A DNA stretch of 64,000 nt from an uncultured delta proteobacterium (GTDB lineage: Bacteria; Myxococcota_A; UBA9160; UBA4427): contig CAWGJT010000009.1 of the NCBI GenBank assembly GCA_963822965.1, forward strand, positions 224,001-288,000, read 5' to 3'. The first letter of the stretch is position 1. The number at the start of each line of letters is the position of its first letter. Shown one piece after another: positions 22,340-31,380 of this stretch. Below the pieces are notes generated by a model. That model saw only the letters and a list, made by a program, of their open reading frames with translations, made no database searches and was not told where the DNA came from. A program made the position numbers and the translations under genes.

Positions 22340-24451
22340 GTGCTCGTGTCCGCCGGCCAGCCGCTCTTCACCGAGGACACCTGGTGGCACCTGTCCATGG
22401 GCGAGCGCTATGCCGCCGAGGGGCCGTGGCTCTCGGCCGACCCCCTCCTTCACACGGCGACCGGCCCACCCGCACCGGCGGCCTGGCTCACGGCACTCGG
22501 CTTGCACGGCGTCGAGAGGCTGGCGGGCATCCAGGGCCTTCGCTGCCTGCACGCACTGCTCGTGCTCGGCATCCTGCTGCTGGCGTGGCGCGCGCTGCGG
22601 CGCGCGAGCGGATCGACCGCCTTCGCGAGCCTCGCGACGGCTGCCTTCGCGGCCCTCTCGGCCTACCGGCTCTTCCAGCTCCGGCCCCACCTCTTCACGA
22701 TCGGCGGGGCGTTGCTGCTCGTCTGGCTGCTGGTGGGCACCGGGCGCGTGCCCTCCTGGCGGCGCGTCGCCGCCGCGGTCCTGGGGATGCTCCTGTGGGC
22801 GAACCTGCACGGCGCCTTCGTGCTCGGCCCGATCCTGCTGGCAGCCGGCGTCGCGGGTCTCGCCCTCGCGGCGCTCCTCGAGCCGGGGCGGCGGCCGCTG
22901 CACCTGGCGCGCGCGAAACGCATCGCCATCGCCCTGGTCCTGGGCCTGGTGGCCACCCTCGCGAACCCGCAGGGCATGGGGCCGCACCGCCTCTACTTCG
23001 CCGCCGGTACGGACACACCGGCACTCGAGGTCGTTCGGGACGAGTGGCTGGCGGTTCCGCTCTTCTCGCTGCCGACCCCCAACCTGCCGCCGAGCCCGCT
23101 CTCCTGGGCGCTGGTCTGGGCGCTGCTCGTGCTGGTCCCGGCGGCCGTCGTGCTGACCCTGCGCGCGCAGCGCCGGAAGGCCTCGACGGCTTCGTCCCCG
23201 GCGCCGACCCTCGATCCGGCCCTGGTGGCGATCGCCGCGGTGTCGCTCGTCGGGGCGCTGTCGGCGGTGCGCCTGCTCTGGATGGAGATCTTTCCGCTGA
23301 TGGTGCTGGGGCAGTGCCTCCAGCCCCGGCTCACGGGAGCGCCGGGGGACGCCACGGGGACGACGAAGCCGCGGACCGGCGCCGCCTGGACGCTCGCGGC
23401 CGTCGCACTGCTGCTGCTTCCCGGCTTCGTGGCGCTCGGGGACTGGCCGATGATCTCCCGCGCCGTCCGTGCCGGCTGGTACGCCCGCCCGTACCCGACG
23501 ACGAAGTACGACGCCTTCGCGGTGTGGTTCCTCCGGGACGCGGGACTCACGGGGCGCCTCTTCAACGACTACACGAGCGGAAACTTCCTCGGCTACTGGC
23601 TCGCCCCCGGCCTGCGCGTATTCGTGAACGGCTCCCTGAACGTGCCGAAGGAGGTGCTCGACGCCCACGGGGCCATCCTGCGCCGCGAGGGTCTCCGGCC
23701 CGGTGAGAGCTTCGAGCAGCTGCTCGATCGCTACGGGATCGACGTCTTCTTCGGCACCGGGCTGCCCCAGCTCTCGCTTCCGGGACGGCCGCTCTTCAGC
23801 ACCACTGCATATCTCGAGGGACGCGACGGCTGGATCCTCGTGTTCCGGAACGTCCGCAGCGCGGTCTACCTCCGAGACGACGAGCGCAATCGGCCGAACC
23901 TCGAGAGAGTTGCCGACTACTACGCGCGCGAGGGAGTTCCCTTCGACGCGAAGCGCGGTCTCGACCCCGCGCGCGTGATCCGCGAGGACCCCGAGTGGGC
24001 GGTGCTCCACGGCGTGGTGCCCCGCGACTTCCGCTCGGTCCAGAATGCCGCCCACTCGTTCGACCCGACGCGACGCGGACCGGCGCAGGAACGCCTGGCC
24101 GCGCTCTACGCGGCGCTCGGGCTCTACGATTCGTCCATCGCGGAGGACCGCAGACTGCTGTCCTCCAACCCCGCCTCGCTCACGGCGGCCCGGCGGCTCG
24201 TCTGGTCGCTGTTGCGGCTACACCGCTACGCCGAAGCCGCGCGGGCCGCAGCGGGACAGACGAAGCTGGCGGCCGCCGACGACCCACTGTCAAGGTTGAT
24301 CGCGACCACGGCGCAGGAGGCGGCCGGGCTCGCCGAGGCCGGCCGGGGGGAGGAGGCGGCCACCCGGGTCGCCCGCCTGCCGGTCTTCACCCTGCCGCAG
24401 GCGCAGTACCTGCTCGCCGGCTACCACGAGGCGGAGCCGCGGGTCCGATGA
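22340..24451 (+). CDS. Polytopic DxWWHL (GT-C-like) membrane protein with TPR-like tail, copy 2 (true start probably somewhat upstream)
   Basis: QPLFTEDTWWHL, RPHL, WANLHGAF, LFNDYTSGNFLG, FVNGSLN. Confidence 0.8.
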   Translation: MLVSAGQPLFTEDTWWHLSMGERYAAEGPWLSADPLLHTATGPPAPAAWLTALGLHGVERLAGIQGLRCLHALLVLGILLLAWRALRRASGSTAFASLATAAFAALSAYRLFQLRPHLFTIGGALLLVWLLVGTGRVPSWRRVAAAVLGMLLWANLHGAFVLGPILLAAGVAGLALAALLEPGRRPLHLARAKRIAIALVLGLVATLANPQGMGPHRLYFAAGTDTPALEVVRDEWLAVPLFSLPTPNLPPSPLSWALVWALLVLVPAAVVLTLRAQRRKASTASSPAPTLDPALVAIAAVSLVGALSAVRLLWMEIFPLMVLGQCLQPRLTGAPGDATGTTKPRTGAAWTLAAVALLLLPGFVALGDWPMISRAVRAGWYARPYPTTKYDAFAVWFLRDAGLTGRLFNDYTSGNFLGYWLAPGLRVFVNGSLNVPKEVLDAHGAILRREGLRPGESFEQLLDRYGIDVFFGTGLPQLSLPGRPLFSTTAYLEGRDGWILVFRNVRSAVYLRDDERNRPNLERVADYYAREGVPFDAKRGLDPARVIREDPEWAVLHGVVPRDFRSVQNAAHSFDPTRRGPAQERLAALYAALGLYDSSIAEDRRLLSSNPASLTAARRLVWSLLRLHRYAEAARAAAGQTKLAAADDPLSRLIATTAQEAAGLAEAGRGEEAATRVARLPVFTLPQAQYLLAGYHEAEPRVR

Positions 24452-24684
24452 CCGGAAAGGGCCCCCGGCCGCGCGGTGCAGCCGGCCGGGCGATGGGTGA
24501 TACTCGGCTGGCTGGAAATTCCGGCTGATGCGATAGTCGCTTGTGGCATGATCGCAAGCGCATCGTGGTCGGCACCACGTTGATGCGCGCCATCTCGATC
24601 GTCACCGTCGTCGTCAGCTGACGTCCGGACCGGCTGGTTCGGGGCAGGGATCGTCGATTCGGTCCAGGAGGGTCTACGAGTCGC

Positions 24685-25509
24685 ATGGAACGGAACAGGC
24701 ACGCGGCCGCGGCCATCGTCGTCGCGGTCGCTTTCGCAATCTTCGGCGGAGCGGTCGCATTCGCACAGGACGAGGAGGAGCCGACCACTCCGCCGCCGCC
24801 GGGCCCCCTCGGCGAGCTGGTCTCGGCCCGCTCCGAAGGCAACGATCTGGCCGCGCAGGTCCAGAAGCAGATCGAGGACATCAGCGACGAGACGAGCGCG
24901 CTCCTCGCCCAGTACCGGACCGCGCTGAAGCAGATCGACGCCATCGATCTCTACAACGAGCAGATGAAGAACCTGATCTCCTCCCAGGAGGGGGAGCTCA
25001 CTTCGATCAGCGACCAGCTCGACCGCGTCGAGCAGGTCGGCCGCAGCGTGACACCGCTGATGATGCGCATGATCGACGCGCTCGAGAAGTTCGTCGCGCT
25101 GGACGTCCCGTTCCTGATCGACGAGCGCACGGAGCGGGTGGCGCACCTGCGCGAGATGATGAGCCGCGCCAACGTGTCCACCGCGGGCAAGTTCCGCCAG
25201 ATCATGGAGGCGTACCAGATCGAGAACGAGTACGGCCGCACCATCGAGGCCTACCGCGCCAACCTCGAGCTCGACGGGCGCGAGACCCAGGTCGACTTCC
25301 TGCGCTTTGGACGGATCGCGCTCGTCTACCAGTCGCTCGACGAGACGAAGTCCGGGGTCTGGAGCCAGAAGTCGCGGAGCTGGGTGCCCCTGGACTCCAG
25401 CCACCGTTCGGCCATTCGCGAGGGTCTGCGGATCGCGCGCAAGCAGTCGGCGCCGGACCTGGTCCGGCTGCCCCTTCCCGCGCCGACGACGGCGCAGGAG
25501 TCGAGCTGA
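24685..25509 (+). CDS. DUF3450 family protein (TtpB-like), copy 2
   Basis: GGAGG RBS. DVPFLIDER, EAYQIENEYGRTI, VDFLRFGRIAL. Confidence 0.88.
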   Translation: MERNRHAAAAIVVAVAFAIFGGAVAFAQDEEEPTTPPPPGPLGELVSARSEGNDLAAQVQKQIEDISDETSALLAQYRTALKQIDAIDLYNEQMKNLISSQEGELTSISDQLDRVEQVGRSVTPLMMRMIDALEKFVALDVPFLIDERTERVAHLREMMSRANVSTAGKFRQIMEAYQIENEYGRTIEAYRANLELDGRETQVDFLRFGRIALVYQSLDETKSGVWSQKSRSWVPLDSSHRSAIREGLRIARKQSAPDLVRLPLPAPTTAQESS

Positions 25510-27052
25510 TGAAGCGGCACAGGACGACGACCCCTCCCTGCTTTTCTCTCGGCCTCGGTCGCGTCGATTTTTCTTCGGCCTCGGTCGCGTCGACTTCTTC
25601 GGCCTCGGTCGCGTCGATTTCTTCGGCCTCGGCGTGGCTCTGCTCGCCGGTCTCGTGGGTGCAGGCCTGCTGGCGGCGCCGGCCCGGGCCCAGGACGCCG
25701 CCGGCCAACCCGGCGCGGATGCCGCACCGAAGAGCCAACCGCCGAAGACCGCCGTGGCGGAGGCCGAGCCCTCGAACCTGTTCGAGCTGCTCGACCTGGT
25801 GCAGCGCGGCCTCGAGGTCGAGAGGGACGAGAACCTCCGCCGGGTCCAGGAGTTCCTGAACGAGAAGGAGCAGCAGACGAAGCTCCTGGCCGACGCCAAA
25901 GCGACCCTCGCCCACAAGGAAGAGACGAGCCAGCACCTCGAGGAGACCTACAACGGCAACGAGCGCGCCATCGCCGAGAATCAGGAACGACTCACCCAGC
26001 GGCTGGGCGAGCTGGGCGAGCTCTTCGGCGTGGTGCGCCAGGTGGCGAACGAGGCCAGCGGCCAGGTGTGGGACTCGCTCATCAGCTCGCAGCTGGGCCC
26101 GCGCAAGGAGACCCTCGACAAGCTCGGCCGCAGCAACGAGCTGCCCACCACGGACGACCTGGAGAAGCTCTGGTACGAGCTGCAGCGGGAGATGACCGAA
26201 CAGGGCCAGGTGGTTCGCTACCCCGCCCAGGTGCTCACCGACGAGGGCCTCGTGGAGACGCGCGAGGTCGTCCGGGCCGGCGTGTTCAGCGCCGTGTCGA
26301 ACGGACGCTACCTGCTGTGGCAGCCCAAGGAGGGGAAGCTCGCCGAGCTGACCCGCCAGCCACCCTCCCGCTACCTGGACACCGTCGAGTCCTTCGAGAA
26401 CCTGAAGCAGGGCTACGGGGTGCTCGCCGTCGATCCCTCCCGCGGTCAGCTGCTGAGCGCCCTGACGGACACGCCGAGCTTCAAGGAGCGCATCAACCAG
26501 GGCGGCTACGTGGGCTACACGATCATCTTCCTGGGCATCCTGGCCCTGGTGCTGGGCTCCTTCCGCTGGATCGCCGTGACCATCACCAGCCGTCGCGTAT
26601 CGACCCAGCAGCGCAGCGACGGCATCGACGCCCGCAACCCGCTCGGCCGGGTGCTCCAGGTCTTCGAGGACAATCGCCTCGCGACTGCGGAGACGCTCGA
26701 GCTCAAGCTGGACGAGGCGGTCATGCGGGAGACGTCGAAGCTGCAGCGGTTCATGTGGGTGGTGAAGACCGTCTCGGTGGTCGCCCCGCTGCTCGGACTG
26801 CTCGGTACCGTCACCGGTATGATCAAGACCTTCCAGGCGATCACGCTCTTCGGCGCCGGCGATCCGAAGATGATGGCGGGCGGCATCTCGGAAGCCCTCG
26901 TCACCACGATGCTGGGGCTGATGACCGCGATCCCGCTGGTGCTGCTCTACGACACGCTCGCGAACACCGCTCGGCGCGTCATCGACATCCTGGACGAGCA
27001 GAGCGCAGGCCTCATCGCGACCCGCGCCGAGAGGGACAGTGCCGCAGATTGA
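25509..27052 (+). CDS. TtpC-like large ExbB-family protein, copy 2 (frameshift in the T-run near 25570)
   Basis: ATG overlaps the upstream TGA. VDPSRG and PLLGLLGTVTGMI; colinear with 7779..9251. Confidence 0.88.
25548..25632 (+). repeat. 24-bp tandem repeat, about 3.5 copies, encoding FGLGRVDF
   Basis: Unit TTCGGCCTCGGTCGCGTCGA(C/T)TTC. Confidence 0.9.
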
Positions 27053-27566
27053 AGCCATCCTGGCGGTCCGCGATTTCATCGAGCGCGGCGGCGACGTCCT
27101 GCTGGCCATCGCCTTCGCGACGGCGATCATGTGGGCGTTGATCTACGAGCGCGTCTGGTACTACGTGACGACCCACCGCAAGGAGGCGATGCGCGTCCGC
27201 GAGGTGTGGCAGGCGCGAAGGGATCATTCCTCCTGGGGCGCCCACCAGATCCGCCGCATGCTGATCTCCGAGGTGAGGCTGCGCCTGCAGCAGCGGCTCT
27301 GGCCCATCGAGACGCTCGTGAAGCTCGCCCCCATGCTCGGGCTGCTCGGCACCGTGACGGGGATGATCGAGGTATTCGACGTCATGGCGGTCAACGGCAG
27401 CGGCAACGCGCGGGGCATGGCGGCCGGCGTCTCGAAGGCCACGTTGCCCACGATGGCGGGCATGGTGGCAGCCATCACGGGAATGCTGTTCATCATCCAG
27501 CTCAAACGGTTCGCACAGGACGAGTCGGAGCGCGTGGCGGACAGTCTGGAGATGGATCAGGAGTAG
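27039..27566 (+). CDS. exbB: ExbB, copy 2
   Basis: PMLGLLGTVTGMIEVF, GVSKATLPTMAGM. Confidence 0.9.
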   Translation: MPQIEAILAVRDFIERGGDVLLAIAFATAIMWALIYERVWYYVTTHRKEAMRVREVWQARRDHSSWGAHQIRRMLISEVRLRLQQRLWPIETLVKLAPMLGLLGTVTGMIEVFDVMAVNGSGNARGMAAGVSKATLPTMAGMVAAITGMLFIIQLKRFAQDESERVADSLEMDQE

Positions 27567-27646
27567 GCGGGTTCCATGCGCGGAAGAAGTTCTGACGCCG
27601 GCCTCCTGCTCGCGCTCGCATCGCCGATCGCAACGGGGTGGCTCGA

Positions 27647-28267
27647 ATGACGGCGATCCGCCCGTTCCTCGTCGCCGTGCTCGGTATCCTGAGCGCCTTC
27701 GTGCTCTTCTGGGTGATGCAGGCGCTGGTGAGCGTCAAGGGCGAGCTGAAGGAGTCGACCGGCAAGCTCACGGTCGACTTCGTGCGCCTGCGCAAGGACA
27801 CCACCCCGCCGATGAAGGAGCGCGAGCCCCCGAGGCGGGAGAAGCCCGAGCAGCCGCCGCCGCCGCCCGAGATGAACATGGCGCAGAACCTGAAGCCCGG
27901 GGACACGGTGGGCGAGATCGTCCCGATGATCGACACGGGCATGGAGCTGGAGAGCTCCACCAGCCTCGGCGTCGGCGGAACGGATCGCGACGTCGTTCCG
28001 CTCGTGCGCGTGGACCCCGAGTACCCGCCCCGGGCGCAGCAGCAGCGCATCGGGGGCTGGGTGGAGGTCTCGTTCACCATCACCCCCGTCGGCACCGTGG
28101 ACGACATCAAGGTGACCGGATCCGATCCGCCCTACGTGTTCGACCGGGCGGTGGTCGAGGCGGTGCGCAAGTGGCGCTACAACCCGAAGATCGAGGACGG
28201 CAAGGCGGTCGCCCGCAAGAACCAGAGGGTGCGCCTGCGCTTCGACCCGAGGGCCAGCTCACGATGA
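27647..28267 (+). CDS. tonB: TonB, copy 2
   Basis: TM, Pro-rich linker, PEYPPRAQQQRIGGWVEVSF, AVRKWRYNP. Confidence 0.92.
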   Translation: MTAIRPFLVAVLGILSAFVLFWVMQALVSVKGELKESTGKLTVDFVRLRKDTTPPMKEREPPRREKPEQPPPPPEMNMAQNLKPGDTVGEIVPMIDTGMELESSTSLGVGGTDRDVVPLVRVDPEYPPRAQQQRIGGWVEVSFTITPVGTVDDIKVTGSDPPYVFDRAVVEAVRKWRYNPKIEDGKAVARKNQRVRLRFDPRASSR

Positions 28268-29558
28268 GATCGCGTGCGACGGCAATGCTGACGCTGCTCC
28301 TGCTCGCGGTCCCGATCGTGCAGGGGGTGGTCCTGCCCCGGCAGGCGGTCGCGCAGGCCGCCGAGGACAAGGTGCCCCAGGCGGAGCTGGACGAGGTGGA
28401 TCTCCAGCACAAGCTGCGACGCGGCCAGTACCGGCTGGACTCGCGCATCTCGCGCTACCTCGAAGCGGCCATCGAGGACTTCCACGAAGGCAAGCCCGAA
28501 GAGGGCGAAGGAGCTGCTCGCTCGGCTCAAGGTCGACCGCCTGAATCCCTGGGAGCGCGCGCAGATCTTCAAGCTCAGGGCCTTCATGGACTATGGGACG
28601 GCCAACTACGCCGGCGCCATCGAGAACTTCCAGAAGGTGCTGCAAGAGCAGGTCATGCCCGTGAAGGACGAGATCGAGCTGCGCTTCAGCATCGCCCAGC
28701 TCTACGCCGCGCGAGCAGAAGTGGAAGGAGTGCATCGCGGCGCTCCAGGACTGGCTGCGCTACGTCGCCGAGCCCGAGCCCCTCGCCTTCTACCTGCTGG
28801 CCGTCGCGCACTTCCAGCTCGAGGAGTACGACAAGGCGATCGAGTATGCGGAGACGGCGGTCGACATGGCGCCCGAGCCGAAGGAAGGCTGGCTGCAGCT
28901 GCTCGCCGCCCTCTACGTGCGACAGCAGGACTACGAGCGGGCGGGACCGGTCTTCGAGGAGCTGGTGACGCGCTTCCCGAAGAAGGAGTACTGGGTCCAG
29001 CTCTCGCTGATCTACGGCGCGCGCGAGGACTACCGGAACTCCCTGGCGGTCCAGCAGATCGCGTACGAGCAGGGGCTGCTCACCGAGGACAAGGAGCTCC
29101 GGCGCCTGGCGCGCTCGTACCTGTTCAAGAGCCTGCCCTATCCGGCGGCCAAGGTGCTCGAGAAGGGCATCCAGAGCGGCAAGATCAAGGTCGACTCCGA
29201 AGCCTACGAGATGCTCGCAAACTCCTGGATCGCCGCGCGGGAGTACGAGAAGGCGATCGAGCCGTTGACCAAGGCCGCCGATCTCGCGGACGACGGCAAG
29301 CTCTACATCCGACTCGGGCAGGTCTACATGCAGCGCGAAGAATGGGGCGAGGCCGCTCGACTCTTCCGGAAGGCCCTCGCGAAGGGGGGGCTCCCGGATC
29401 CCGGGCAGGCCCAGCTCCTGCTCGGCATCTCCTACTACAACAACCAGCAGGTCGATCCGGCGCGACAGGCCTTCCGGCGGGCCCGTGAGCACGAGTCCAG
29501 CCGCAAGCAGGCCGACGCCTGGATCGGTCACATCGCCAGGGAAACCGAGGCGGGCTGA
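28264..29558 (+). CDS. TPR protein (TtpD-like), copy 2 (frameshifts near 28510 and 28710)
   Basis: ATGA overlap with tonB. LNPWERA, ESWLQLL-like EGWLQLL and FPKKEYWVQLS match 5324..6646. Confidence 0.85.
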
Positions 29559-29624
29559 TCCCCGCCACCCGGCTTGAGCGCCGCCCCCCCGCGACCTATC
29601 GTGACCCCAACGATCGGAGCGCAC

Positions 29625-30299
29625 ATGAGGGGCTCCATCCACCTCGCTTCGCTGGCGCTGGCGACGCTCACGGTCGCGTGTGTCTCTCCCTCTCCCGTCG
29701 ACGTCGTCGTCGACTCCCGCACGGACTTCTCGCGCTATCGCACCTGGACCTGGCTCCCCGGCGAGGAGATCGACATCGACGCACCCGGGTCGCCGGCGGC
29801 GGAGCTGGCGAGTCGGGTCCACGCGAGCATCGAGCGCGGGCTGCGGAGCCGGGGGTTCGAGCGGAGCGGCACCGGGGCGGACTTCTTCGTCAGCTGCCGG
29901 CTGACGCTGCGTCGCCGCGAGGGCTACGTCGAGGTTCCGTTCGCGCCCTATCTCTTCTCGAGCCTCAGCTCCTCGGCGTCCTATTGGATCGAGGGCTCGT
30001 CGCGAGAGTCCCGGAGCTACGAAGACCTGCAGCTCGAGATCGGCATCCACACGGCGCCGGGGCCCGCGGTCTGGCGGGCCGCCACCTTCCGGAGCGTGGA
30101 GGTCGGCCGCCGCCTGCCCGTGCGCGAGGCCGTCGAGATGCTGCTCGAACACCTGCCCCAGGGCGCTCCCGAATCCGACTCGCCGAAGCAGCGGTCGACG
30201 CCGGAGCCCCCGAGCACTCCACCGGAGTCCCCGCGGAACGGCGGCGATCGGCTGGCGCTCGGGGGGCGGCTGCTGACCGGCCCGCACACCGCTCTCTGA
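29625..30299 (+). CDS. DUF4136-like lipoprotein
   Basis: Lipobox TVAC, DFSRYRTWTW, LRSRGF, VWRA. Confidence 0.7.
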   Translation: MRGSIHLASLALATLTVACVSPSPVDVVVDSRTDFSRYRTWTWLPGEEIDIDAPGSPAAELASRVHASIERGLRSRGFERSGTGADFFVSCRLTLRRREGYVEVPFAPYLFSSLSSSASYWIEGSSRESRSYEDLQLEIGIHTAPGPAVWRAATFRSVEVGRRLPVREAVEMLLEHLPQGAPESDSPKQRSTPEPPSTPPESPRNGGDRLALGGRLLTGPHTAL

Positions 30300-30411
30300 C
30301 GGAGGCGGTCGATTGCGGGGGGTGCAGGCTCCCGATACCGTTCGACGACCACCCGCTTCCCGCCCTTCGGGACCACCGTCGGAACCACGAATCAGGGGAC
30401 TGGAATCTTCG

Positions 30412-30951
30412 ATGAAGGTCAGCTTCGAGCTCAGCGAGAGCGACATCCGCTACTTCCGCGACCGGCTTCTCCAGGCGCGTTCGAAGGGCGCCGCGCAGGA
30501 CGAGGACCGGGTGATCCGACGCGCCGCGAAGCTGGTGCAGAAGGCTGCCACCGCGAATCCCCCCGAGTTCGTCATCGAGCGTCTCGGGAAGCTCGACCAG
30601 CTGACCGGCATGCTGCTCGACGAGGAGTGGCGGCTGGAGGGCCGCGATCGCGCCCGCATCCTCAACGCGCTGGCGTACTTCGCTGAAGAAGAGGACCTCA
30701 TCCCCGACCGGGTCCCCGGGCTCGGATATCTCGACGACGCGATCATGGTCGAGCTCGTGATGCAGGAGCTCAAGCACGAGATCGAGGCCTACGACGATTT
30801 CTGCAAGCTGCGAAAGACGGGACCCAACGCCAAGAGTCAGGCCAAGCGCGAAGCGCGCAGGAAGGCCCTCCAGGCGAGGATGCGCAGGCGCCTGCGGCGC
30901 GATCGGGAGCCGCACGGCGGAAGCCGCAAGCCGCCCCTGCGCCTCTGGTAG
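30412..30951 (+). CDS. YkvA/DUF1232 family protein
   Basis: ALAYF..EEDLIPDRVPGLGYLDDA. Confidence 0.85.
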   Translation: MKVSFELSESDIRYFRDRLLQARSKGAAQDEDRVIRRAAKLVQKAATANPPEFVIERLGKLDQLTGMLLDEEWRLEGRDRARILNALAYFAEEEDLIPDRVPGLGYLDDAIMVELVMQELKHEIEAYDDFCKLRKTGPNAKSQAKREARRKALQARMRRRLRRDREPHGGSRKPPLRLW

Positions 30952-30999
30952 CCGCCTGTCGCGCGAGCAGTGCCCGGGGTGCGAGGAACGTGCAGCGGG

Positions 31000-31329
31000 C
31001 TAGAAGTCGCCCAGTGGACGCTGGAACGCGTTCTCGCTCGGGATGAGGATGAACTTCTCGAGTGCCTGGTGCATCGCATCCTTGCCGTTCGGAGACGTGA
31101 GAATCACCGCCGGTACGAAGAATGCGGCGCCGACTGCCACGGCGATCGTCGCCAGCGGTCGCACCACCACGACGTCGATGCCCACGGCGAAGCTGCGCTC
31201 GGCCATGCTGCGCGAATCGCTCTCGTCGGCCCGCGCCAGGGCCGGCTGCAGCAGGCACAGGGAGGTCGCCGTCAACAGGATGGCCCACCGGATTCCGGGG
31301 CGGGCGCGGGATCGGTCGGCTCTACGCAT
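31000..31329 (-). CDS. Small secreted/membrane hypothetical protein
   Basis: Signal peptide ending ARA, DVVVVRPL and terminal FQRPLGDF. Confidence 0.7.
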   Translation of the reverse strand: MRRADRSRARPGIRWAILLTATSLCLLQPALARADESDSRSMAERSFAVGIDVVVVRPLATIAVAVGAAFFVPAVILTSPNGKDAMHQALEKFILIPSENAFQRPLGDF

Positions 31330-31380
31330 GGTGCTCGACGGTAGCAGATCCCCGGGGCGGCCGGACGCGGGGGGGCCGCC

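Noticed and set aside
24544..24560. Sigma54 promoter upstream of operon 2 (TGGCATG...)
   Set aside because: GG-to-GC spacing is off by one and TTGC is absent.
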